Source: Planctomycetales bacterium
GTDB lineage: Bacteria; 4484-113; JAFGCY01
Assembly (NCBI GenBank): GCA_024645305.1
Contig: JAHEFU010000002.1
Location: 1-33,960, forward strand
Direction of reading: 5' to 3'
DNA: 33,960 nucleotides
A model generated the notes under the pieces. That model saw only the letters and a list, made by a program, of their open reading frames with translations, did no database searches and was not told the origin of the DNA. Numbering within the stretch: the first letter of the stretch is position 1; every line of letters begins with the position of its first letter. Position numbers and translations under genes: made by a program. Below, piece after piece: positions 15,893 through 25,546 of the stretch.

Positions 15893-17416
15893 ATGATTGT
15901 GAACATAATTCTCGATCGCGACAGCAAGCAGCCGCTCTACCGGCAGATCATCGAAACCATCACCAACTGGGTGAAGAGCGGCGAGCTGCCGCCGGGGGCC
16001 TCCGTCCCCAGCGTGCGGCAGCTGGCCCGCGATCTGGGAGTGGGAATCAAGACAGTGAGACAGGCCTACGACGAACTGGTGGCAAGCGGAGTGCTGGATA
16101 CCCGGCAGGGCAGCGGCACTTTCGTCTCCGACCGCCCGGCGGGTCTGGTCTTCAGTGTGGACCGGGATGAACTGAGCCAGGGCGTCAGTGACCTGCCGCC
16201 GATGATCTGGCAACCCTACAAGTTCGACACGCGCTTCGGGCAGTTCACGATCAAGACCGAGGCGGGCGTGAAGGTTGAGTTGTCACTGGCCCAGCCGGAC
16301 CCGGCGTTGTTCCCCTTCGAGCGCATCAAGCAGGTTGCCACGAACATGCTCTGGTATCCCAAGGAGATGTTCTTCGACCGCAGCCACCCCCAGGGCTACC
16401 AGCCGCTGGTGGAATGGCTGGAGCGCGAAATGGCCCTGGCGGGCGTGGACATGCGCCCCGGTGTCAACGAGGTGATCATTTCCGGCGGGTTCCAGCGTGC
16501 GCTGTCCCTGATCCTGGATCTGCTGGCGGCCCGCGGCGAAATGGTGGCCGTGGAGACTCCGACATATGCGAGCATCCTCAACCTGCTGATCGTCAAGGGC
16601 ATCCAGTGCGTCGGTGTGCCGGTGGACGGTGCGGGCATGGACACCGAGTACCTGTCCGTGCTCCTGCGCAAGGAACGCATCAAAGCGATCATCACCGTGC
16701 CGACCTACCACAACCCGACGGGCACGGTGCTGGCCAATGAGCGCCGCGAGCACCTGCTGCGGCTGGCGGCCCAGCACCGCGTGCCGATCATCGAGGATGA
16801 CTGGGGCCGGGCCCTGCGCTACGAGGGTAACGCCGTGCCGCCGCTCAAGGCCCTGGACAGCGGGGGCTATGTGATCCACATCGGCAGTTTCTCCAAGACC
16901 TTCCTGCCCGGACTGCGCATCGGCTGGATCACCCTGCCGGGCGAGATCGCGGTGACAACGCTCAGGGCCAAGTTCGCGGCTGACAAGGGTGACAGCTGGT
17001 TCCTGCAGGTGATGCTGCATGAGTTCATCTCGCGGGGCTACTATGACAAGCACCTGCGCAAGACCGTGAAGGTCTACAACAGCCGACGCCTGGCCCTGCT
17101 GGAGGCGCTGCGTGAGCATATGCCTGCGGAGGTCAGCTGGATCCGGCCCAGTGGCGGCCTGTCCGTCTGGGTGCGCCTGCCGCGCACGATCAAGTCCATC
17201 CCCCTGCAGGAGGAGTGTGCCAAGTTCGGACTGGCCTTCGCTACTGCGAACTTCTTCAACCCGGACCGGGAGGACTCCAGCGAACTGCGCCTGAGTTTCG
17301 GGCGGGCCACTGAGGAGGAACTGCGCGAGGGTGCGCGGATCCTGGGTGACAGTATCCGCAGTTTGCTTGCCAGGCAGGGTGCTGCAGTGGATACCAGTGC
17401 TGACTTCAGCGAATGA
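15893..17416 (+). CDS. MocR/PdxR-type GntR-family regulator with fused PLP aminotransferase-like domain
   Basis: GntR wHTH (PLYRQIIETI..VPSVRQLARDLGVGIKTVRQAYDELV..GSGTFV) and fold-type I domain with PLP-lysine motif SFSKTFLPGLRIGW. ATG 15893 is preferred over the TTG at 15854 used in the ORF track. Confidence 0.88.
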   Translation: MIVNIILDRDSKQPLYRQIIETITNWVKSGELPPGASVPSVRQLARDLGVGIKTVRQAYDELVASGVLDTRQGSGTFVSDRPAGLVFSVDRDELSQGVSDLPPMIWQPYKFDTRFGQFTIKTEAGVKVELSLAQPDPALFPFERIKQVATNMLWYPKEMFFDRSHPQGYQPLVEWLEREMALAGVDMRPGVNEVIISGGFQRALSLILDLLAARGEMVAVETPTYASILNLLIVKGIQCVGVPVDGAGMDTEYLSVLLRKERIKAIITVPTYHNPTGTVLANERREHLLRLAAQHRVPIIEDDWGRALRYEGNAVPPLKALDSGGYVIHIGSFSKTFLPGLRIGWITLPGEIAVTTLRAKFAADKGDSWFLQVMLHEFISRGYYDKHLRKTVKVYNSRRLALLEALREHMPAEVSWIRPSGGLSVWVRLPRTIKSIPLQEECAKFGLAFATANFFNPDREDSSELRLSFGRATEEELREGARILGDSIRSLLARQGAAVDTSADFSE

Positions 17417-17431
17417 TCAAAGGAGCGAGAC

Positions 17432-18364
17432 ATGCAAGCCAGACATAACAAGGTGATGATGGTGCTGACGGGCCTGCTGCTGCTGGCAACAGCCTGCGGC
17501 GGAGGCGGGACGGTGGCGGAACAGAATCAGGAACAGGGGACAGTCAGCGGCAGCCTGACGGTTGGTGGAGCGCTGCTGGCAGAACTCGCCAGTGGGCAGA
17601 ATCCCGGTCCACTTGATCCCGGCAAATTCGGTGTACGGGTGATTGAACCGATCATTGACATTGATGCCATTGAGATCGAGACCTCAGGCAGCTCCCTGAA
17701 TGTGACACCGGTGCCTCCCGGTACCGCAAAGCTGCTGCAGCTATCACTGCTGCCGGCTGAGGACCTGGAGGGGCAGGGCAGTGCCACCACGCCTGTGCTG
17801 CTCAATATTCCGATCACGGTGGAGGAGGGTGCGCTGACAAACATTGCCATGCAGGTCCAGTTTGAACAGGGCAGTGCCGCAGCCAGCAAGGCCGGCTCCC
17901 AGCTGGACAGGCCGTGGTTCGTGCGCCTGCGCTACGTAATCAGCGGTTCCGGGGCCACTACCCGGCACCTGCGTATCCGCTGGGCGGACCGTCTCGTGCA
18001 GTATGACACTGACCTGGATGACGACTTTGACGAGGAGGATGCATTCGAGGACAACGACCGTGACGGGCTTGGCAATGACTTCCGTGAGCTGATCAATGAC
18101 CAGGCAGCTGACCGGGCAATCGTCACCCAAAACGGCGTGATCAGTGCTTTCAACCCTGACCGGCACTCGCTGTCACTGGCCAGCGGCCTGGAAGTGCGGA
18201 TCAGTGAAATCACCCTGATAACCCTCAACGGAGAAGAGGCCAGGCCCGGCATGCTGTCCATCGGCAACCGCTGCATTGTGCGGGGCTATCCGGATGGTGA
18301 TGCCCTGCTGCGAGCGCTGGAGATTGACGCTAGTAGTGGCAGTGATCTATCATCTAGACGTTAA
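17432..18364 (+). CDS. hypothetical lipoprotein
   Basis: Lipobox LLAT-A-C-GGGG, an acidic central stretch (DTDLDDDFDEEDAFEDNDRDG), and only 15 nt after the regulator gene. A terminator lies downstream. Confidence 0.7.
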   Translation: MQARHNKVMMVLTGLLLLATACGGGGTVAEQNQEQGTVSGSLTVGGALLAELASGQNPGPLDPGKFGVRVIEPIIDIDAIEIETSGSSLNVTPVPPGTAKLLQLSLLPAEDLEGQGSATTPVLLNIPITVEEGALTNIAMQVQFEQGSAAASKAGSQLDRPWFVRLRYVISGSGATTRHLRIRWADRLVQYDTDLDDDFDEEDAFEDNDRDGLGNDFRELINDQAADRAIVTQNGVISAFNPDRHSLSLASGLEVRISEITLITLNGEEARPGMLSIGNRCIVRGYPDGDALLRALEIDASSGSDLSSRR

Positions 18365-18398
18365 ACGGGATATGCAACGTGCAATCCAAAGCGCGTAC

Positions 18399-18430
18399 GG
18401 GGAGGGCCACGGCCTTCCCCGCTTATTTTT
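18399..18430 (+). terminator. rho-independent terminator
   Basis: GGGGAGGGCC-AC-GGCCTTCCCC followed by GCTTATTTTT. Confidence 0.8.
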
Positions 18431-18546
18431 CCTGCCAGGGGACTGGCTGCAGACTCTGGATGATCTGAGCACTGGGTATACTTTAACTGGGCTGCGCCTG
18501 GCCCGATGATGTTAGTGGACAACGCAATGGTGAGGTTGAGACGTTG

Positions 18547-19311
18547 ATGACCAGTCGTAGTACATTCCCGGCCTGTCTGGCAGCATTACTGCTTGTGTTT
18601 GCGCTCATCCCGGCCCGGGCCCAGGACGAAGCACCGGAGCCAGCGGCCTCGCATGGCAGTGGCATCAACCGTGCCGTCAGCTACAGCCAGGCCCTGCTGT
18701 CCGACCGTTTCCTGCCGGGCCTGCCGGACTTTGATGGAGCCAGCGGCTACCAGACCCGCGCCCAGAAGATCGTCAGCGACCTGTTCAGCGAGGGTGAGAG
18801 CGACGTCAGCGACCTGGTGCAGGTGCTGGTCGCCAACAACCGCCAGGTCCTGGACCACATGATCGTCAACCTGGCCACCCAGACCATCTACGAGTGCAAC
18901 GTCAACGGGGAAAAGCTCAACGAAAACCATGTCTCCAGTGGTCGCAGTGGCTATGACACTCCCCTCGGTGAGTACAAGGTCGTCAACCAGGCGAAGAAGG
19001 CCTACTCCCAGAAATATGAAAGCTGGATGCTGCACTGGATGGGTTTGACCAGCGATGGTGGCTATGGCATGCACGGCCTCGAGGGTTCCAGCTACGAGCG
19101 CCTGCTGGGGGGGGTGGCCAGCCACGGCTGCATCCGTCTGAGCCGGGAATATGCTAAGGACCTGTACGGTCGCATCAAGATCGGCACCCCGGTCTACATC
19201 GTCAATGACCCCGAGCTGGACCTGCCGCCCTACCGCGAGATCAGCGAGGAAGCGGCCCTGTCCATCGTGCTGGACGTCGTCAATCCCTGTGATCCCTGGG
19301 AAGTCTTCTAG
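18547..19311 (+). CDS. L,D-transpeptidase (YkuD domain) protein
   Basis: Signal peptide ...LIPARA/QDE and catalytic motif VASHGCIRLS preceded by GMHG. GGTGAGG RBS before ATG 18547. Confidence 0.85.
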   Translation: MTSRSTFPACLAALLLVFALIPARAQDEAPEPAASHGSGINRAVSYSQALLSDRFLPGLPDFDGASGYQTRAQKIVSDLFSEGESDVSDLVQVLVANNRQVLDHMIVNLATQTIYECNVNGEKLNENHVSSGRSGYDTPLGEYKVVNQAKKAYSQKYESWMLHWMGLTSDGGYGMHGLEGSSYERLLGGVASHGCIRLSREYAKDLYGRIKIGTPVYIVNDPELDLPPYREISEEAALSIVLDVVNPCDPWEVF

Positions 19312-20674
19312 CAGGGCCACTGCGCATCCGCTGGCGCTCCAGCCGGTACAGTACGACCTGCTCCCGACCGCCATCCGTTTCCAGCACGAGGAAATTCCCC
19401 CCCTCATCAGGCCAGCACAGCTGGATGCAGTCCGCCGGCAGGCTGTACAGGTAGTTGGCGTGCAGTGCCGGGTCATACAGCAGCAGGCCGCCCCCCTGCA
19501 TCCGCGTTAGTGACTGCAGCACCGGCCAGCGGGTCGCTGCCCTGGACAGGATCTCAAACGCGCTGCCTGATTCATATTCCCGGGCATTGATCAGGATCCG
19601 CCCGCTGTCCGGGTCTGCATGAATGCTGAATTTACCGATGGGCCGGCGGATGTCATGGTTCTCGTATCGCAGTGAGATCCCGCGGGCTTCCAGGTAGAAG
19701 CGGTTGTGGGCTTGGCTGTCGCTGACAACGATGAGGTTGCCCTCGGGCACCACCTGATGGGCTGCCAGTTTTTCCCCCACCGGCAGCACTCCACTGTCCC
19801 AGTGCAATGAGCTGCCCCAGTCGTAGCGCATGTCCCTGCCGTCCACCCCTGTAACCAGAACCATGGGCTGCGCGCTGCCGGCCAGGCTGCTGGAGACTCC
19901 CGTCCGGCAGACATCGACAACGCCTTCGGACAGCAGCTGCGGGTCGCCGGTCTGGAGCTGCGGATCAAGCGGCTGCACCTGCCAGTCCACCTGCCCATGC
20001 GTGGGAGGAGAGGCGCAGTACAGCAGGCCGCTTCTGGACGTGAAGTAGATTTCGTGGCTGCTCATGATCAGCAGGGGGCCCGCCATGTCGATTTCAGCCT
20101 GCAGAGCAAGGTAGTCCAGGGGATTGCCAACTGCATCGTAGATGAAGCAGGAACCACCACTGAACACATGCAGCCGGTCATTGTTGCCAATCCGGGCCTG
20201 CAGATAATCGCTTTGGCTCTGCGGCCGAGGAAAGTCCGCCTCCAGCCTGCGTTGCCAGAGCAGGCTGGCCCGGCTGTCCCACATGTACACGCTGCCGTCG
20301 AGACCGCAGCCGATGTAGCCGTGCCCCGGCCAGGCAATGAAGTTCCCGCTGAAATTGAGAGTGGGATCCTCGATCAGGCCATGGCCCGGAGGGTCAGGAC
20401 TGTAGCAGTGCAGCTGCAGGTCAATCCCGAGGATAGCGGCCCCCTGGCCGCAGTCCAGGCTGTCAACGATCCCCGGAGACGACAGAGGCGGACCGATCCC
20501 GGAGATACGGTGCAGGCGGGGACCCCTGTTGCCGGCTGCATGCAGCAGGCCCAGCCCCCAGAGCAATATGGAACAGAAACAAAGGAACAGGAGCTGGCGG
20601 CGGAATCTACGCAGCTGCCGCAGAACAGCTGGCTGCCCCTGCGCATCCTTCACCCCCGGCAATCTGCTGCGCAC
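19280..20674 (-). CDS. hypothetical membrane-anchored protein (possible beta-propeller)
   Basis: 464-aa ORF with an N-terminal TM segment (LLFLCFCSILLWGLGLL) and GC-biased third positions. GTG start 5 nt after the small upstream ORF. The 3' end overlaps the convergent ldt gene by 32 nt. Confidence 0.6.
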   Translation of the reverse strand: MRSRLPGVKDAQGQPAVLRQLRRFRRQLLFLCFCSILLWGLGLLHAAGNRGPRLHRISGIGPPLSSPGIVDSLDCGQGAAILGIDLQLHCYSPDPPGHGLIEDPTLNFSGNFIAWPGHGYIGCGLDGSVYMWDSRASLLWQRRLEADFPRPQSQSDYLQARIGNNDRLHVFSGGSCFIYDAVGNPLDYLALQAEIDMAGPLLIMSSHEIYFTSRSGLLYCASPPTHGQVDWQVQPLDPQLQTGDPQLLSEGVVDVCRTGVSSSLAGSAQPMVLVTGVDGRDMRYDWGSSLHWDSGVLPVGEKLAAHQVVPEGNLIVVSDSQAHNRFYLEARGISLRYENHDIRRPIGKFSIHADPDSGRILINAREYESGSAFEILSRAATRWPVLQSLTRMQGGGLLLYDPALHANYLYSLPADCIQLCWPDEGGNFLVLETDGGREQVVLYRLERQRMRSGPARRLPRDHRD

Positions 20675-20678
20675 GGGA

Positions 20679-20822
20679 TCAGGCGGAGGGGATGTTCAGT
20701 ACGAAGCGGAACACCAGGTAACTGGCGACTGTGATCAGAGCCAGGACCAGGAAGAAGAGCAGAACGACGCGGCTGCCCTTGAGGCCCGCAGGTTCATGTC
20801 TGTGTGGCTGTTGCTCGTCCAT
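20679..20822 (-). CDS. possible 47-aa single-pass membrane peptide
   Basis: ATG 20822 to TGA 20679. MDEQQPHRHEPAGLKGSRVVLLFFLVLALITVASYLVFRFVLNIPSA contains a clear hydrophobic helix. It is below the ORF-track length cutoff and sits immediately upstream of the 464-aa ORF. Confidence 0.3.
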   Translation of the reverse strand: MDEQQPHRHEPAGLKGSRVVLLFFLVLALITVASYLVFRFVLNIPSA

Positions 20823-20954
20823 ATTGATGGAGATTAGCACAGGCTGGCCCCGAGGACAGGTTCATGCATCCTGGCCCTTGGCCACTGCAGCGGGGTATTG
20901 CAGGCGTCAGTTGGAATCTGGACATATGCCAACAGCTTTATCCCAACATTCGTA

Positions 20955-20984
20955 TAGCCAAACCCGATGGTCGGATGCTATAAT
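20955..20984 (+). promoter_or_regulatory. candidate gyrA promoter (extended -10)
   Basis: TGCTATAAT at 20976-20984 with TAGCCA 18 nt upstream. This implies a leader of roughly 110 nt. Confidence 0.45.
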
Positions 20985-21094
20985 GATGATTCATATTTAT
21001 AAGGTGTAAATGAGCGTGAAACGGGTTTCTGCAGAGTCCCCTGTGTAGACCAGCAGAGCCCTGACCAGATCAGAGACAACCGAATTCCGGTTGC

Positions 21095-23644
21095 GTGTTT
21101 CACGAATCATCCGGAGACCATACCTTGACCAAGAAACGTAACGACAGAATTGAATTCGAGGAGAACATTCTTCCACGCCGCATAGTGCAGGAAATGGAGG
21201 AGAGTTTCCTCGATTACTCCATGAGTGTAATCGTGGCCCGAGCCCTGCCGGATGCCCGTGATGGCCTCAAGCCCATCCACCGGCGTATCCTCTGGGCGAT
21301 GCAGGATGCGGGTTACACCTCTGACAAGGCCACTACGAAGTCCGTGAAGATCGTCGGCGAAGTGATGGGTAACTACCACCCCCACGGCGATGGAGCGCTG
21401 TATGAGGGCCTCGTGCGCATGGGACAGGAGTGGAGCCTGCGCTACCCCCTGATCACCCCGCAGGGTAACTTCGGTTCCATTGATGGCGACCCGCCGGCCG
21501 CCATGCGATACACCGAGGCCAAGATGAGCAACCTCGCGGCTTACCTGCTCAAGGATGTGAAGAAAGACACCGTTGACTGGGTGCCAACCTTTGATCCGAA
21601 CCGCATAGAGCCGACGGTGCTTCCCGCCGGTGTGCCCAACCTGCTGATGAACGGCTCAGAGGGCATCGCGGTGGGCATGGCAACCCGCATCCCGCCGCAC
21701 AACCTGCGTGAGCTGACCGCCGCGATCAAGAAGCTCGTGGCCAAACCGGGCATTGACATTGAGGAGCTGATCGAGGAGGTGCAGGGGCCGGACTTCCCGA
21801 CCGCCGGGCTGCTGCTGGGCAACGCCGGGGCCAAGGAGGCCTACCGCACCGGACGGGGTTCCGTCACGATGCGGGGCCGTGCCGAGATTGAGGAGGATGA
21901 CCGCGGCCGCAACAACATCGTGATCACGGAGATCCCCTACCAGGTCAACAAGAGCACCCTGATCCAGAAGATCGCGCTGCTTGTACAGAACAAGAAGATC
22001 CAGAACGTGCGCGACATCCGCGACGAGTCTGACCGTACGGGGATCCGCATCGTCGTCGAGCTGGGCAAGGACGCCCAGGCCAACGTGATCCTCAACAACC
22101 TCTACAAGAATACCCAGCTGCAGACGACATACAGCATGATCATGCTGGCGCTGCGCGACGGCGTGCCGCGCCTGCTGAACCTCAAGGACTTCCTGAAGAT
22201 ATTCGTCAAGCACCGCCAGGTCGTGATCCTGCGGCGCAGCGAGCATGACCGCATCAAGGCCCAGGAGCGCGCCCACGTGCTTGAGGGCCTCAGGATCGCG
22301 CTTGACAACATTGACGAGGTTGTCAAGATCATCCGCCAGAGCCGCGATACGGAATTCGCCCGCACGGAGTTGATGAACCGCTTCAAGCTCAGTGAGGTCC
22401 AGGCCCAGGCGATCCTGGACATGCGCCTGTCCCAGCTGACGAACCTCGAGGCGACCAAGATCACCGATGAGCTCAAGAAGCTCTATGCGCTGATCGAGGA
22501 ACTGACAAAAGTCATCGATGACCCAGTGCGCCTCGATGAGGTGCTGATCGAGGAACTTGACGAGGCCACGCAGAGGTTCGGCGACGAGCGCAAGACCGTG
22601 ATCGGCCGGATGGCGGAGGACGGCAGCTTCAACGAGGAGGACCTGATCCGCCGCGAGGATGTGGTGGTCACAGTGACCCGTGGCGGCTATATCAAGCGCA
22701 TCCCCGCCAGCACCTACCGGGCCCAGGGCCGCGGCGGGCGCGGGATGATCGGGGCGCGCACCAAGGAAGAGGATGTGGTGCGCAACATCATCCACACGAG
22801 CACCCATGACACGATGCTGTGCTTCACGAGCCGCGGGGCCGTGCACAGCCTGAAGGTCTATCAGATTCCGGCCTTCGAACGCTACGCCAAGGGTATCCCG
22901 GTTGTCAACCTGATCAGCCTGCAGCCCGGCGAGTGGGTCACGAGCCTGATCACGGTGACGGACTTCAGCAAGCCATACCTGTTCATGTGCACCAAGAAGG
23001 GCACCGTCAAGCGCACGAAGCTTGAGGAGTTCAGCAAGCTGCGTGTGACCGGCAAGCGGGCCATTGGCCTGGCTGACGACGACGAACTGTACTTCGTGCG
23101 CGAAACCACCGGCGAGGACCAGCTGCTGATCTTCACGCACCGTGGCTATGCCGTCAAGTTCGATGAGGGTCAGGTGCGCGTGATGGGCACGAGTGCACAG
23201 GGTGTGCGCGGCGTGAACCTGATTGACGACGCTGACCATGTGGTCGGGATGGACCTGGCCAATGATGATGACGAAGTGCTGATTGTGGGCGAGAACGGGC
23301 TGGGCAAACGCAGCAAGGTCGAGCTGTTCCGCAAGACCAAGCGCGGCGCCAAGGGCGTGATCGCCATGAAGATGACGGAGAAGACCGGCAATGTGGTCGG
23401 GGCGGCGCGTGTCGAGCAGAGCGACGAGGTGATGCTGATCACCTCCAGCGGGATGATCATCCGCACACGCGTGGCCGAGATCAGCTCGCTGGGTCGATCC
23501 ACCCAGGGCGTGAAGGTGATCAACCTCAAGGATGACGACAGGCTGACGGCCATCGAGATCGTCCCAGAGGAGAACGATGTAGATGGCAACGACGGTGAGC
23601 TTTTCGATGAGACCCCGGATACGCCGGATTCCGGCGCGGAGTAA
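21095..23644 (+). CDS. gyrA: DNA gyrase subunit A
   Basis: [33 protein letters not shown], the [12 protein letters not shown] motif, active-site region AAMRYTEAK, and C-terminal beta-pinwheel repeats. GTG start, possibly slightly downstream. Confidence 0.95.
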   Translation: MFHESSGDHTLTKKRNDRIEFEENILPRRIVQEMEESFLDYSMSVIVARALPDARDGLKPIHRRILWAMQDAGYTSDKATTKSVKIVGEVMGNYHPHGDGALYEGLVRMGQEWSLRYPLITPQGNFGSIDGDPPAAMRYTEAKMSNLAAYLLKDVKKDTVDWVPTFDPNRIEPTVLPAGVPNLLMNGSEGIAVGMATRIPPHNLRELTAAIKKLVAKPGIDIEELIEEVQGPDFPTAGLLLGNAGAKEAYRTGRGSVTMRGRAEIEEDDRGRNNIVITEIPYQVNKSTLIQKIALLVQNKKIQNVRDIRDESDRTGIRIVVELGKDAQANVILNNLYKNTQLQTTYSMIMLALRDGVPRLLNLKDFLKIFVKHRQVVILRRSEHDRIKAQERAHVLEGLRIALDNIDEVVKIIRQSRDTEFARTELMNRFKLSEVQAQAILDMRLSQLTNLEATKITDELKKLYALIEELTKVIDDPVRLDEVLIEELDEATQRFGDERKTVIGRMAEDGSFNEEDLIRREDVVVTVTRGGYIKRIPASTYRAQGRGGRGMIGARTKEEDVVRNIIHTSTHDTMLCFTSRGAVHSLKVYQIPAFERYAKGIPVVNLISLQPGEWVTSLITVTDFSKPYLFMCTKKGTVKRTKLEEFSKLRVTGKRAIGLADDDELYFVRETTGEDQLLIFTHRGYAVKFDEGQVRVMGTSAQGVRGVNLIDDADHVVGMDLANDDDEVLIVGENGLGKRSKVELFRKTKRGAKGVIAMKMTEKTGNVVGAARVEQSDEVMLITSSGMIIRTRVAEISSLGRSTQGVKVINLKDDDRLTAIEIVPEENDVDGNDGELFDETPDTPDSGAE

Positions 23645-23677
23645 GCCCGCAGCCCGATTGCAAATAGGATGAACGAG

Positions 23678-23706
23678 GGAGCCCCGCCACGGCGGGGCTC
23701 CGTTTT
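23678..23706 (+). terminator. rho-independent terminator of gyrA
   Basis: GGAGCCCCGCC-AC-GGCGGGGCTCC followed by GTTTTG. The stem is 21/22 identical to the terminator at 2751-2772. Confidence 0.8.
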
Positions 23707-23797
23707 GCCCGGGCCGGGCGGCCGGCGGATCGCAGGCTTGCGCCGGATGCTGTACACTCAGTGACGAGTGCCGCCGGGGCGGGCATGACAGGCAGCA

Positions 23798-25492
23798 ATG
23801 TTCATCAGGCTGAGCAACAAGGAACGCAAGGAACTGATCACGCAGATCAGGGTGATGGCGCATCCCAACCTTTCGTTCTACATCCTGATGCTCCTGTCAA
23901 CGCTGATCGCGGGCTATGGTCTGCTTGCCAACAGCACTGCGGTAGTGATCGGGGCGATGCTGGTGGCACCCCTGATGGGGCCGATCTTCGGCATGACCCT
24001 GGGCCTCGTGATCGGTGACCGCAAACTGTTCTTCGAATCCCTGCTGGCGGAGACCACCGGTGTTGTCCTGGCCATCCTGATGGGTGTGCTGATCGGCAGC
24101 ATGCCCTTCATTCCGCCCTATGAATCCGAGATCCTGTCCCGCACGCAGCCCACACTCTTCGACATGATTATTGCCCTTGCATCGGGCCTGGCGGGCGGCT
24201 ATGTGCTCGTCAATCCGAAGCTGAACTCCGGCATCGCGGGGGTTGCCATCGCCACCGCCCTGGTGCCGCCCCTGGCGGTCTGCGGCCTGGAGATCGCGGC
24301 GGGCGGAATGCAGGAGGCGCAGCTGGCATTCCTGCTGTTCATCTCCAACGTGTTCGCGATCCTGCTCAGTGCGGCCGTCATTTTCATGCTGTCCGGGGTG
24401 GAGCGGGTGCATGAACCGGGAGCCTCCCGCCTGCTGCACCTGCTGCGGACTTTCGGGCCCGGCGTCGTGGCCCTGAGCGGGTTGACATTCTTCCTGTCAC
24501 TGCGCCTGGTTGACATCGTCAGCCTTCGGCAGCTTGAGGACAACATCCGCAGCATCACACGCAGCGAGGTCCAGCAGTCGGTGAAGGGAGCTGAGCTGTC
24601 AGTCTGCGAAATCAGGATCCAGCCTGAAATGATAGACGTGGAAACCGTCGTGCTGTCGTGGAAGGTCTTTGACGAAGTGCGTGTGGCCCAGATCGAGGAC
24701 ACACTGGAGCGGGAGACCGGTCGCGCTGTCACCCTGATCGTGCGTACCTATTCCACACATGACTACGATTCCCATGGCAAGTACTACTGGGACAGCGACG
24801 AGGAGGTCCGCGAACAACAGCGCCTCAAGGCCCAGCTGGCTGCGCAGGAGCTGGCGGGAGTCAGTGCCACACTGCGGGAATACCTCAAGCAGGTCTCGGG
24901 AGCATTCCTCAAGGAGGTCTACGAGGACGCTGCCCGAGAGAATGGCAAGCTGGCGTTCACTGCGGAGATCGAATCAATCAAGCCACTGGCTCCCCAGCAG
25001 ATCATGGAGATGCAGCAGCAGCTGATGGCCTTCATGCTGGAATCGCGCGGACAGGAAACGCAGGTCTACCTGCGCGTCCGGCAGGACAACGTGCGCTACA
25101 TGGATGCGGAAGGCATCCTGTTCGAACAGGCCGCCAGCGAACCGCCGCCGGGCTATGAGGAAACGCGGGAGCTGCTTTACCACGCCCTGGCCCTGCGACT
25201 CGCCGAGCTGCAGCCGGGGGCGATCCTGGACGACCTGCAGCACCGCCGGGGGCTGGATACCCGGGTGCACGGAGCGGGTGGCAGCGGGCCACTGCGGGAG
25301 GTCCTGATCGTGCAGGCCACGATATATTCCCCGGCCCTGTTCAGCCCGCAGGAGATCAGTGAAGTGGAAGGCATGCTGGCGGAGATGGTTACTGTCCCGG
25401 TCTGGCTGCAGTTTGACAACTTCATCCGGGCCTACATTGACAGTGGCGGTATCCAGCAGGGGTTTACCAGCAGCGAGTCCCCCGGCAGTTGA
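23798..25492 (+). CDS. DUF389-family membrane protein with long C-terminal soluble extension
   Basis: DUF389 signature LLSTLIAGYGLLANSTAVVIGAMLVAPLMGPIFGMTLGLVIGD. Several TM helices occupy roughly the first 235 aa, followed by about 330 aa of charged soluble sequence. Confidence 0.8.
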   Translation: MFIRLSNKERKELITQIRVMAHPNLSFYILMLLSTLIAGYGLLANSTAVVIGAMLVAPLMGPIFGMTLGLVIGDRKLFFESLLAETTGVVLAILMGVLIGSMPFIPPYESEILSRTQPTLFDMIIALASGLAGGYVLVNPKLNSGIAGVAIATALVPPLAVCGLEIAAGGMQEAQLAFLLFISNVFAILLSAAVIFMLSGVERVHEPGASRLLHLLRTFGPGVVALSGLTFFLSLRLVDIVSLRQLEDNIRSITRSEVQQSVKGAELSVCEIRIQPEMIDVETVVLSWKVFDEVRVAQIEDTLERETGRAVTLIVRTYSTHDYDSHGKYYWDSDEEVREQQRLKAQLAAQELAGVSATLREYLKQVSGAFLKEVYEDAARENGKLAFTAEIESIKPLAPQQIMEMQQQLMAFMLESRGQETQVYLRVRQDNVRYMDAEGILFEQAASEPPPGYEETRELLYHALALRLAELQPGAILDDLQHRRGLDTRVHGAGGSGPLREVLIVQATIYSPALFSPQEISEVEGMLAEMVTVPVWLQFDNFIRAYIDSGGIQQGFTSSESPGS

Positions 25493-25546
25493 CCCTGGCG
25501 GAGACGGCCTGGCGGTCCCCGGGCCAGTCCGGGTATACTGGACTGA

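Noticed and set aside
21656-23863. 735-aa ORF antisense to gyrA. Similar long antisense ORFs occur at 1688-3070, 9729-11327, 11677-12813, 13305-14135, 16283-17119, 18586-19476, 25625-26392, 26542-27555, 28187-29599 and 31884-32978.
   Set aside because: Each lies entirely opposite a gene with strong family motifs. Their translations are Arg/Ala/Gly/Pro/His-rich low-complexity strings, typical of stop-poor shadow frames in GC-rich DNA. None has an independent RBS or domain signature.
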